From Methanosuratincola petrocarbonis (GTDB lineage: Archaea > Thermoproteota > Methanomethylicia > Methanomethylicales > Methanomethylicaceae), in NCBI GenBank assembly GCA_030522375.1, contig CP130488.1, positions 442 through 64,441 of the forward strand: a DNA stretch of 64,000 bases, given 5' to 3'. A program made the translations under genes and the position numbers. Numbering within the stretch: the stretch's first letter is position 1; every line of letters starts with the position of its first letter. The notes beneath the pieces were generated by a model. That model was not told the origin of the DNA. It did no database searches and was given only the letters and a program-made list of their open reading frames with translations. Shown here in pieces: positions 10,233 to 18,724 of the stretch.

Positions 10233-11144
10233 GTGGCGGTGCCAAACTTGCCTGAAAGCCGGTACGAACACCTGGAGAGGGAACAGATCCTGCTCAGGGT
10301 GTCCGTTTTCCTCTTGCTTGGGATAGGCTCCGGCGAGGTGATCGCGGGGCTCTACTTCGGGAGCATCGCGCTCGTCGCCGACGGGGTCCATTCATTTGCG
10401 GACAGCGTAGTGTCGCTGCTAGTGCTCGCCGGGATAATGATCTCGAGGAGGCGCCCGGACAGGGCATTCAGCCACGGCTACGCGAGGGCTGAGAACCTCT
10501 TCGGGCTGCTCGCTGCAATGGTGATGATCGCCCTAGGCGGGGTGATGCTGTACGAGTCGTACCTCGCAGCCCTCGACCCTGCCCCGATCAGAAATGCCGC
10601 CCTGGCGATCGCAGTCGCAATCCTGGCAGGCACCACCTCCCTCGCGCTGGCAATTGCGAAGATAATGCTCGCCAAGAAATCTGGGTCGCTCGCCCTCAAG
10701 ATAGACGCCTACAACTCCACCAAGGACGGGCTCGCTTCCTTTGTCGTCGTCGGAGGGGTCGCCCTTTCTTCTTTGGGGCTGCTCTACTTCGACGCAGTAG
10801 CCGGCATAGCAATCTCGGCGATGATAATCGCGGTTGGCTTCGTCTCGATAAGGGAGTCCTCGGTAGTCCTGATGGACGGGTGCCTCTGCCCCGGACTGAT
10901 CGACCGGATATCTTCAATCGCCCTCGGCGTAGAGGGGGTCCAAGGGGTCAGGGACCTCCGCCTCAGGAAGGTCGGTCGGTCGATCGCGGGGCAGGCTAAA
11001 ATCCGCCTCGACGGAACGATTACTGTCGAGGAGGCGCACCGCATCGCAGAGGCCGTAAAGAAAAGAATCATTAATGAGTTCGGGGATATATCTGATATCA
11101 TGCTCGAGATCGAGCCCTCCAAAGGAACTCCATCCCGGGCTTGA
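10233..11144 (+). CDS. Cation diffusion facilitator (CDF) family metal efflux transporter.
   Basis: The protein has 6 TM segments with the HSFADSVVSLLVL motif and a C-terminal cytoplasmic domain. It is divergently arranged from the P-type ATPase. Confidence 0.8.
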   Translation: MAVPNLPESRYEHLEREQILLRVSVFLLLGIGSGEVIAGLYFGSIALVADGVHSFADSVVSLLVLAGIMISRRRPDRAFSHGYARAENLFGLLAAMVMIALGGVMLYESYLAALDPAPIRNAALAIAVAILAGTTSLALAIAKIMLAKKSGSLALKIDAYNSTKDGLASFVVVGGVALSSLGLLYFDAVAGIAISAMIIAVGFVSIRESSVVLMDGCLCPGLIDRISSIALGVEGVQGVRDLRLRKVGRSIAGQAKIRLDGTITVEEAHRIAEAVKKRIINEFGDISDIMLEIEPSKGTPSRA

Positions 11145-12167
11145 ATGCGATTTTGGGGGACATGTGTATTGGGGCTTAGCCGCGTCTACCTTGTCGACGC
11201 CTCCGGGAGCATGGGCGGGACCGTCGGCGTCGCCGATCTGGAAGTCCCGAAGATAGAGCTTGTGAAGGGGGAACTCAAGCAGCTTCTGGGCGAACCCTCG
11301 CACTTTGCCATGGACGACCGGGTGGCTTTGGTCGTCTTCAAGAACAGTAAGGGTAAGCCCCTGGTGAAGACCGTCCTCCCCTTCCAGTACGCGCGCGCGA
11401 TCGACGAGAACTATGCGCACCTTATCGGCGACATATCGACGATAAATGCTGAGGGCGGCACCCCGATCAGCGCGGGGATCAGGGAGGCGCTCTCACTCAC
11501 GGCCTCCGAGCACGGCGATCGCGAGATTCTACTCATCACCGATGCCGACTACAGCCTGGGGGAAGACCCGCGCATCCACATCTACGACGCGCTGATACAG
11601 CACGCCACGATAGATGTGATCTACCTCGGGACAAGCGAGAGGCTCGAGATGCTCGAGGAGCTCGTGCGCAAGACCGGGGGCTTATTGAGGATGGTGCGGC
11701 GGCCGGGGGACCTCCACAAGCACCTGTTCTACCCACCTGACCCGCCCCCTCTGGACCCAGCCACTGAGGAGCTCGTTTCGATGGCATCCTCAAAGATAAA
11801 GGAGTACGACTTGGCAATGTCTGGATTGGACAAGGGCGAGGGCGGCACAGGTGCAGCGCCTCCCCTGGAGCTCGCAAATGGACTCAAGGAGATGCGAACC
11901 AAGATCTTGAAGAGGTACGACAATCTCGGAAAGGAGCTGGCAGTCTTGACCTTGGACAGGCAGGAGCCTTTGCTCAAACTGACGGGGATCAGGCAGATGC
12001 TAGAGAGGCGGCAGATAAGCAAGAAAGAGTACCTTAAGCGGGCATCCGAGACCGAGGAGATCTTGGGCAACCTCGTGAGGGCTGCAAAATCGAAGAGGTA
12101 TGCCACACAGGTGCTTGAAGCCATAATCGCAGACTTGGACTCGAGGATCTGGAATGCAAAGAAGTAG
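11145..12167 (+). CDS. von Willebrand factor A (VWA) domain protein with a C-terminal coiled-coil region.
   Basis: A MIDAS motif LVDASGSMGG sits at the N-terminus. The start overlaps the CDF stop; the C-terminus is charged and helical. Confidence 0.7.
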   Translation: MRFWGTCVLGLSRVYLVDASGSMGGTVGVADLEVPKIELVKGELKQLLGEPSHFAMDDRVALVVFKNSKGKPLVKTVLPFQYARAIDENYAHLIGDISTINAEGGTPISAGIREALSLTASEHGDREILLITDADYSLGEDPRIHIYDALIQHATIDVIYLGTSERLEMLEELVRKTGGLLRMVRRPGDLHKHLFYPPDPPPLDPATEELVSMASSKIKEYDLAMSGLDKGEGGTGAAPPLELANGLKEMRTKILKRYDNLGKELAVLTLDRQEPLLKLTGIRQMLERRQISKKEYLKRASETEEILGNLVRAAKSKRYATQVLEAIIADLDSRIWNAKK

Positions 12168-12205
12168 CCTTTTAGTTTCTGAAACCAAACTTTTTACTTT
12201 ATAAA
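12168..12205. terminator. T-rich tract between convergent genes, a putative archaeal oligo-T terminator.
   Basis: The sequence ccttttagtttctgaaaccaaactttttactttat lies immediately after the VWA stop codon, in a 260-bp convergent intergenic region. Confidence 0.3.
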
Positions 12206-12434
12206 ATAAATCATGGGTGTGTTGGTCTCAGGGCGGATTCCGTAACAGCGCCGACAACCCTGTTAAAGGATGAGGCATGCGGAAGGTACGGCGTATTTGT
12301 GGCTGCCTACGCCCGCCTCTAGCCTCCTTCGCTGGGTTTGCGAACTGGGCGGCTGGAAGCTGAATGCGGATCTCGGAAAGATGAGAAAGAAAGAGAAAGG
12401 GAAAGAAGAAGGGGCAATTGCCCGCTCCTTCGGT

Positions 12435-13997
12435 TCAGACCTTCTTCGGGAATAACCTCGAGAGCCTCTCCTCCGGCACCGGCTTCGTCGCAAGGCTGAC
12501 CGCCACATAGACCGCTGCGCACCCGAGCATCAGCGTCAGCGCCCACACGCCCCAGTGCCCGAATGGCGGGACGAACTTGCCGTAGACGTTCGGGTGGAGC
12601 AGCGCGACCCCCATCCCGTACACTATGGTGGCGACTGCGCCCCACTTCGTAGCCCTCCTCCAGTACATCGAGACCGCCACGACGAAGAAGAATATGCCTG
12701 CCTGCGCGACGGCTGAACCGGACATGAACTCTGATAGCACCGGCGGGGGCGAGGTGTATGTCCACCAGAGCGGTATCAGCACGAACGGGATGACCAGCAG
12801 CCTCGAAAGCATGAGCTGGACCCTCGGGCTCACCTTCGGCGCCCCGTTCTGGATCAGGTCCCTGCTGACGTTCGTGGCCATGATCATGACCATCCCCGCG
12901 AGCGTCGAGACCGCTGCCGAGAAGACTGCCATCGAGAAGACCGCGGCCCCAGCCGAGCCGCCGATCGCCATGCTGACGAGCGATGCCGCTGCGTCGCCGT
13001 ATATCGGGCCCGAACCCATCAGGTCGGCGCCCCAGACCGCCCTCGCGGCGTAGCCCATCGCACCAACCATCAGCGGGGTGACGCAGTTGAGCGCGACAAT
13101 CAACATAATGACGCCGTACTCCTTCTTGGTCACCTTCCTCGTCCCGAGGAACCTTGCGATGTTCTGCGGGAACCCGGTCGCCATCAGCAGGAACATCACC
13201 ATCGCAGCCGTCACACCTAGCCAGTCGTAACCGGGGTAGGACGGGGCGATCGCCGCCGTGTAGCCGCCTATCGGCACCGGGGTTTCCACCCCGCCTGGCT
13301 TCACGAAGTTCGCGGCAGAGATCGCCTCAGCGACCTTCGCCGGTCCCCCTGCCCAGAATATCGAGGCTATCCCGAAAGCCCATCCGATCACCATGAATAT
13401 GCCGCCCTGCAGCGCAAGCGAGAACTGCGTGCCAGCGTACCCCCCGATCATTATGTAAGCCGCGCAGAGGATCGCCGTGATCAAGAGGCTCGCGAGCCAG
13501 TCAGTCCCCGTCGTGAGCTTCCAGACGGATGCCATCGCCTTGTACTGCCCCACGCTGTACACTATCAGCAGGATGACCATCGCCATGCCGGCCAGACCCT
13601 GGACCAGCCTGCTGTCGAACCTGAGCTTCGCCACCTCCGGGACCGTCCTCGCGCCCAGCGCCGCGTACCTCCTCATCCTGTAACCCAGGACGACGCAGAG
13701 CGAGAGCCCCATGAGGTTCATTGCGCCGATCAGCCAGGATCCGGACCAGCCGTAGGTGTAGCCGAGCCCAGCGTTCCCGAAGATCGCCCAGCCGCTGAGC
13801 CAGGTCGCCGTGAGCGCCAGCCCTGTAACCAGCGGACCGACGTCCCCGTGCCCTACTGCCCAGTCGTCGAAGCTCTTGCACCTCCTGTAGAAGTAGACCC
13901 CGATCCCTGCGCTGATCGCCAGCATTATCCCGACTGCAGCCGCCACTGCCACTGCGGACTCCGGCGTCGGGGTAGGTATTGGGACTGCTTCTGACAC
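12435..13997 (-). CDS. Sodium:solute symporter (SSS) family transporter.
   Basis: The 520-aa protein has ~13 TM segments with SSS-family organisation. It is translationally coupled to an upstream small membrane protein. Confidence 0.75.
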   Translation of the reverse strand: MSEAVPIPTPTPESAVAVAAAVGIMLAISAGIGVYFYRRCKSFDDWAVGHGDVGPLVTGLALTATWLSGWAIFGNAGLGYTYGWSGSWLIGAMNLMGLSLCVVLGYRMRRYAALGARTVPEVAKLRFDSRLVQGLAGMAMVILLIVYSVGQYKAMASVWKLTTGTDWLASLLITAILCAAYIMIGGYAGTQFSLALQGGIFMVIGWAFGIASIFWAGGPAKVAEAISAANFVKPGGVETPVPIGGYTAAIAPSYPGYDWLGVTAAMVMFLLMATGFPQNIARFLGTRKVTKKEYGVIMLIVALNCVTPLMVGAMGYAARAVWGADLMGSGPIYGDAAASLVSMAIGGSAGAAVFSMAVFSAAVSTLAGMVMIMATNVSRDLIQNGAPKVSPRVQLMLSRLLVIPFVLIPLWWTYTSPPPVLSEFMSGSAVAQAGIFFFVVAVSMYWRRATKWGAVATIVYGMGVALLHPNVYGKFVPPFGHWGVWALTLMLGCAAVYVAVSLATKPVPEERLSRLFPKKV

Positions 13998-13998
13998 C

Positions 13999-14325
13999 TC
14001 AGTCGCCCTCCCAGAACTCGGTTACCCGCAGCCAGAGCAGCACAGCCGCCCAGGCGCAGCTCAACAGTATGGCGCCCCAGTAGGCGTACCACCCGCCGAT
14101 GGTAGCCGCAATCAAGGGGACTGCAACGAAGCAGAGCGCCAGCGCAACTACCCCTGCCAGAAATTTCGCGGTCGGGCTCAAGCCTTCCCGACCTGCCTTC
14201 ATATTTGCATTGACGCCGCCGGGTCTTATGGAAGAACGAGGGCTAGAGCGCCATCGCCCAGCGGCTGAAAAAAGACTTCTTTCAAAGACGCCTGAAAAGG
14301 CACCCACCTTTGTAAAGACACTCAC
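13999..14325 (-). CDS. Small membrane protein partner of the SSS transporter (DUF4212/YjcH-like). The start may be the internal ATG at 14200-14202, giving MKAGREG...
   Basis: The C-terminal 67 aa form two TM helices (FLAGVVALALCFVAVPLIAATIGGWYAYWGAILLSCAWAAVLLWL). The gene ends 1 nt before the SSS start, a common small-subunit arrangement. Confidence 0.45.
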   Translation of the reverse strand: MSVFTKVGAFSGVFERSLFSAAGRWRSSPRSSIRPGGVNANMKAGREGLSPTAKFLAGVVALALCFVAVPLIAATIGGWYAYWGAILLSCAWAAVLLWLRVTEFWEGD

Positions 14326-14469
14326 CCATATGATAGACCTCCGATGAAAGAGAATGCTCTGGAATAAGCTTTAAGCATGCTGGGCAAGATCCATTGACCA
14401 GAAGCAAAGAACCCGCCGCATTGTGCTTGTTTCAGGAAATCTTAGAATCCATGCCGATCCGGACTAACT

Positions 14470-14516
14470 TTTTATAGTGAATGATCCTAATTTATAAGAA
14501 CTAAGGGGGGATCCTC
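14470..14516 (+). promoter_or_regulatory. Putative promoter and ribosome-binding site for the receiver gene: TATA-like ctaatttataag followed by a G-rich SD (aaggggggatcctc) ahead of the ATG at 14517.
   Basis: An AT-rich TATA-like element lies ~35 nt upstream of the ATG, with GGGGGG 7-12 nt upstream of the start. Confidence 0.35.
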
Positions 14517-14990
14517 ATGGGCGCCCAAGAATACAGCGTGCTTCTGGTTGACGACGATCTCGATCTGCTGGAAACGATGAAGGCAATCCTCGAAGGGAGG
14601 GGGTACCGAGTCGAAACGAGCCAGACTGGCGAGGACGCCCTCGAGAAGATAAAGGAGAAGTACTTCGATGTCATTGTACTGGACCTTGTGCTCCCCGGCA
14701 TATCCGGGATCGAGCTCCTGAGCCGTCTGGAGACGAACAGGATCCCACGGGTGAGGAAGATTATTCTGACTGGTCACTCCACACTCGAGAATGCAGTCCA
14801 AGCACTCAACCTGGGCGCGGACGCATACCTGATCAAGCCCGTCATGCCGGAGGATCTAGTGAAGGCGATCGCCGACCAGATCGATAAGCAGCAGCAGGAG
14901 ATCCTTCTGATCCAGGAGAAGATCAGGTATTTTGTTGAAAGGAATTCCGAAGAAAAGATAAGGCGCATTTCAGAGGAGAAATACCTTTAA
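14517..14990 (+). CDS. Single-domain response regulator (CheY-like receiver).
   Basis: The sequence LLVDDDLDLLETMKAILEGRGYRVETSQTGEDALEKIKEKYFDVIVLDLVLPGISGIELL carries the phospho-acceptor Asp and conserved receiver residues. Confidence 0.85.
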   Translation: MGAQEYSVLLVDDDLDLLETMKAILEGRGYRVETSQTGEDALEKIKEKYFDVIVLDLVLPGISGIELLSRLETNRIPRVRKIILTGHSTLENAVQALNLGADAYLIKPVMPEDLVKAIADQIDKQQQEILLIQEKIRYFVERNSEEKIRRISEEKYL

Positions 14991-15091
14991 ACCCCTCTGG
15001 AATTCCAGGTCTATTGGGTAAGTCCAGAAGCAAAATGTTATCTACTGGGCGCGAAAGATATTAAATATGCGCTGGGAGTTGGCGAGGTGCT

Positions 15092-17140
15092 TTGGGCATC
15101 TCCATGCCCCTTCAGCCCCCAAGTCCAAAACAGCCTCCTGCCAATCCCGTCGGCTGCAATCTCTATTCTGCCTTCCTGGAGGATCTTTACATGTGCACTA
15201 GCGACTGCGTGGAATTGAAATCCCTATTGGCAATCAGGGAGCGGCTGTTTGACATGCCAATCGATACATCGAAAGGGGAGCTCAACTTTTACGAAGAGCT
15301 CTGCAGGAAATTCTTGGGATCGGCAGAGACGGCAGTTTCTGTGTACCCGTCCGACCGTGGCGCAATCAAACCCCTCGCGTCTTCCGTGCCATTCGACCTG
15401 CTCGAGTACTTCGAAGAAACAGCCGCATCGGATCTGCTGCAAAGATCCTTGGATGGTGGACTAGTGAAGGCGACCGCCAGCCTCGCCAGCGCTCATTCCG
15501 GAAAGAGGGTCTTCGTGCTTTGCTGCATACGTGCCTTTAAGAAGCCTTCAGCCGTCCTCGTGCTATCCTCCCCATCCGATTTCGAGTACCTTGCCGAGTA
15601 CACAAAGTCGATCTCGCAGTATGCCTCGATCGCCATATCTCTGATAAGGACCGCCCATCTCGAGCAGACGCTGCTCGACACGATCCCCGCTTATGTCTAC
15701 ATTAAGGATCAATCCTTCAACCTCGTATACTACAACAGACACTTTTCGGAAACCTTCGGGTCCCCGGAGAACAAGAAGTGCTACCAAGCACTGAAGGGCG
15801 CCTCTAAGCAGTGCCCCTCGTGCCCGAGTCTCCAGGCGCTGAGCGGCGGAGAAACCGTGAGGAACGAATGGATTTCCCGCAGAGGGAAGGCATACTTGAG
15901 CATCCACCGGAAGATCCAGTTCCAGGGATCCGAGCATCTCCTCACCATCGGCATAGACGTTACGGATCTGAAGGTCCTAGAGGCGCAGCTGACCGACGCT
16001 CTTTCCGAACTCTCCGAGCTCGAGTTCATAATTAACAAGAGCCCTGCGGTGACCTTCCTCTGGAGAAATGAAGAGGGCTGGTCCGTCGAGTACGTTACGG
16101 AGAACACATCGGTCTTCGGATATTCCCCAAAGGACTTCATGCTTGGGGGGATCAAGTTCACTGAGATCGTCCACCCCGAGGACATTGCGAGGATCTCCTC
16201 GGAGGTTGCAGCACACTCGCTCAAGGGCGAGGACGCCTTCGAGCAGTCATACAGGATAATCACGAAGGACTGCAGGACGAGGTGGGTGAGGGACTACACC
16301 TGGGTGAGGCGTGACAACTCCGGCAAGATAACGCACTACCAGGGCATCTTACTCGACATAACCGATGAGGTGCTTGCGAAGGAGGTCCTGAAGGAGTACA
16401 CATTGAACCTGGAGAAGATCGTGCTCGAGCGGACGAAGGCGCTCCGGGAAGCTGAGAGGATGGCTGCGATCGGAGAGACCGCGCTGATGGTTGGGCACGA
16501 CCTCCGCAACCCGCTCCAGGTGATCGTGAACCTGGCTTACAGCATGCGCGAGAGTGTCCGCTCCTCAGGGATCGAGGAGGCTGAGCGCGCCAGGATCGAG
16601 AAGAGCCTCGACACCCTCGTGAACCAAACGGACTACATGAACAAGATAGTCTCGGACCTAACAGGCTACTCCCGCCCAGTGGAGCCGAAGGTCGAGAGGA
16701 TCGACCTGACCGACTTCCTAGAGAAGCTGGTCAGGGACGCGAAGATACCTCGGAGGATAAGGGTGTCCATCGCGGTCGAGGAGGGGGCTGGAGAGATCCG
16801 GTCCGACCCGTCGATGCTGAGGCGCGCGCTGACCAACCTCATCACGAACGCAGTCCAGGCGATGCCGGGCGAGGGGTGCCTGAGTATAGCTGCCCGCCCG
16901 ACACGGGAAGGGGGCACCGCGATCACCGTCTCGGACACCGGCACCGGGATCTCTCCCGAGATCATGGCGAGGATCTTCCAGCCCTTCGTGACCAGCAAGG
17001 CGAAGGGGATGGGACTCGGGCTTTCTGTGGTCAGCAGGTTCGTCGAGCTGCTCGGAGGCGAGGTCTCATGCGAGAGCGAGGTTGGGAGGGGGTCAAGCTT
17101 CACCGTCAGGCTGCCTCGCTCCGCACTTGGGGCGATTTAA
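15092..17140 (+). CDS. Cytoplasmic sensor histidine kinase with an N-terminal GAF-like region, two PAS domains, HisKA and HATPase_c domains.
   Basis: An H-box HDLRNPLQ is present. The C-terminus carries a G2 box GTGLGLSVVSRFVELLGGEV. No TM segments are predicted. The first PAS region contains the Cys cluster CYQALKGASKQCPSCPS. Start is TTG 15092 or ATG 15104. Confidence 0.8.
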   Translation: MGISMPLQPPSPKQPPANPVGCNLYSAFLEDLYMCTSDCVELKSLLAIRERLFDMPIDTSKGELNFYEELCRKFLGSAETAVSVYPSDRGAIKPLASSVPFDLLEYFEETAASDLLQRSLDGGLVKATASLASAHSGKRVFVLCCIRAFKKPSAVLVLSSPSDFEYLAEYTKSISQYASIAISLIRTAHLEQTLLDTIPAYVYIKDQSFNLVYYNRHFSETFGSPENKKCYQALKGASKQCPSCPSLQALSGGETVRNEWISRRGKAYLSIHRKIQFQGSEHLLTIGIDVTDLKVLEAQLTDALSELSELEFIINKSPAVTFLWRNEEGWSVEYVTENTSVFGYSPKDFMLGGIKFTEIVHPEDIARISSEVAAHSLKGEDAFEQSYRIITKDCRTRWVRDYTWVRRDNSGKITHYQGILLDITDEVLAKEVLKEYTLNLEKIVLERTKALREAERMAAIGETALMVGHDLRNPLQVIVNLAYSMRESVRSSGIEEAERARIEKSLDTLVNQTDYMNKIVSDLTGYSRPVEPKVERIDLTDFLEKLVRDAKIPRRIRVSIAVEEGAGEIRSDPSMLRRALTNLITNAVQAMPGEGCLSIAARPTREGGTAITVSDTGTGISPEIMARIFQPFVTSKAKGMGLGLSVVSRFVELLGGEVSCESEVGRGSSFTVRLPRSALGAI

Positions 17141-17239
17141 TCCGCTTTTTACTGCCGGAACGGCGGATTCCTCTACTTAAAGAGGTTTTTTTGCGGAAAA
17201 AATGCTTTGCATAAAAAAAAATGATGCATGATTGTACAA

Positions 17240-17296
17240 AAGGAAAACTTATAAACAGTTTCAAAACTAATATATCCGGTTGTTGGGGATATCGGA
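17240..17296 (+). promoter_or_regulatory. AT-rich promoter-like region with TATA-like elements (cttataaa at 17248-17255; ctaatatat at 17267-17275) directly upstream of the ATG at 17297. The transcript is probably leaderless.
   Basis: There is a sharp GC drop. The TATA-like box sits ~22-28 nt upstream of the start codon. Confidence 0.3.
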
Positions 17297-17677
17297 TTGC
17301 ATATGATCAAAACAATCGGCTACTCCGACTTGCTCTCGCTTTGGACGAGGGGCACCAGGAACGGTGCGCTGCGGCGGCTGGGCAGCCTAAAGAAGGGGCT
17401 ATTCAGGTGCGCGCTCGAGTACTGCAAAAGGCTCGGGCCAATCACCAATCCGAAGCTCATCGGCATGATCGAAGGGATAGCCGACCGGATAAGGAACACG
17501 ATCGGGCAAAGGATATGGAGGAGGGGGCTCGACCTCGCCCACCAGTGGATCAACGGCAAGGTATCCGCGATCTTCCCGAAGGTGAAGCAGTGGGTATGCG
17601 AGGACCCGTTCCTCTTCTGGCTCGGTACCGACGCCCTAGTGAACCACAGGTTCTGGATAATGGTCCAGCGGAAGTGA
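17297..17677 (+). CDS. Hypothetical small basic protein.
   Basis: The 126-aa ORF sits directly behind the promoter-like element. Its stop overlaps the next start (GTGA). Confidence 0.35.
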   Translation: MHMIKTIGYSDLLSLWTRGTRNGALRRLGSLKKGLFRCALEYCKRLGPITNPKLIGMIEGIADRIRNTIGQRIWRRGLDLAHQWINGKVSAIFPKVKQWVCEDPFLFWLGTDALVNHRFWIMVQRK

Positions 17678-18150
17678 CCGTGGATCGGCTCTCTCCCCTG
17701 CTCGGGCTCGCAATCGCAGCCCTCTTGGCGCTGTCCCCTTTCCTTATGGGTGCACTCTCACCAGCCGTCTCCTGCTCGCCTTCCTTAAGTGAGGATCAGG
17801 AGTCGCTGAAGGCTCGGATAGTGGAGGTCTTCCTCGCGCTCCAGTCAGCGGAGTCCAACGGCGCCAACATATCCGCCCCGCTCCGGATGCTGAACCAGGC
17901 GCTCGCACTCATCCAGGATGGCGACCCCGCGTCACTCGAGCAGGCGGGTTCGATCATCTCGGAAGTGAACGCCTCGATACCGCAGCTCGCCGCTGAGGGG
18001 GAGCAGATGCGCCTCGCCTCGTCAGCCTGGCTCTATTCCTCCTTGGTGATGCTTGCAGTGGTCGGCGTCCTTTCCTACCTGTACCTCCCGAGGCTGATAT
18101 GGCGTTCCTGGGTGAAGGCGAAGCGCAAGTGGGAGGTCGCCGCCAGCTGA
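17674..18150 (+). CDS. Hypothetical secreted or membrane-anchored protein with a signal-like N-terminus, a C-terminal TM helix and a basic tail.
   Basis: A GTG start overlaps the preceding stop. The N-terminus reads VTVDRLSPLLGLAIAALLALSPFLMGAL. The C-terminus reads WLYSSLVMLAVVGVLSYLYLPRLIWRSWVKAKRK. The upstream part of the track ORF (17221-) is low-complexity and overlaps 17297-17677. Confidence 0.35.
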   Translation: MTVDRLSPLLGLAIAALLALSPFLMGALSPAVSCSPSLSEDQESLKARIVEVFLALQSAESNGANISAPLRMLNQALALIQDGDPASLEQAGSIISEVNASIPQLAAEGEQMRLASSAWLYSSLVMLAVVGVLSYLYLPRLIWRSWVKAKRKWEVAAS

Positions 18151-18204
18151 CCGCTTCAGACGGCATACGCGCCAAGGGTTCGTGATAGAGGTGGAGGGGG
18201 AAAG

Positions 18205-18687
18205 ATGATAGACGAGGAGATAAGGGCGGTCGTCCTGGCGGTAATTGTGCTGGGAGCTGCCTTGGCGGTCTCGCAGGCGATCACCGCGGGCAGGGTCGCG
18301 GAGCCCTTCTCAGCCCTCGGCGTTCTCGGGCCGAACATGAAGATAGGCGACTACCCGAAGGAGGTCCTCGCGGGCGAGCCTTTCAGGCTCTACCTGTATG
18401 TCGAGAACCACGAGGGGAAGGCGATGTACTACCGCGTGCTCGAGAAGGTGGGTGACAACTCCACTGTGCTGAACGAGACCGTGCCGGCTGACCTGCCTGT
18501 TCTCGCTTCGTACGACGTCGTCCTGGCTCACGGCGAGAACGCGACAATCCCAGTTAACGTGACCCTTGCGACCCCCGCGCAGGGCGCCAAGCTGATATTC
18601 GAGCTCTGGGCGGTCGGGACGGGCGGCTCCCCATATTACACGGGCAGGTGGAACCACCTTTGGATCAACGTGACGTCGCCGCCGTGA
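18205..18687 (+). CDS. Membrane-anchored extracellular protein resembling the soluble domain of archaeal DUF1616 proteins.
   Basis: An N-terminal TM segment (VVLAVIVLGAALAVS) is followed by YPKEVLAGEPFRLYLYVENHEGKAMYYRVLEK and several N-x-T sequons. The family assignment is from motif recollection only. Confidence 0.4.
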   Translation: MIDEEIRAVVLAVIVLGAALAVSQAITAGRVAEPFSALGVLGPNMKIGDYPKEVLAGEPFRLYLYVENHEGKAMYYRVLEKVGDNSTVLNETVPADLPVLASYDVVLAHGENATIPVNVTLATPAQGAKLIFELWAVGTGGSPYYTGRWNHLWINVTSPP

Positions 18688-18724
18688 AAGAAAGAGTTAT
18701 TTTTGTAGACAAAGTATAATACTT

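Noticed and set aside
17221-17676. The long N-terminal extension of track ORF 17221-18150.
   Set aside because: The extension is Arg/Gln-rich low complexity and overlaps the better-positioned ORF 17297-17677, which sits right behind a TATA-like element. The membrane-protein part has its own GTG start at 17674.
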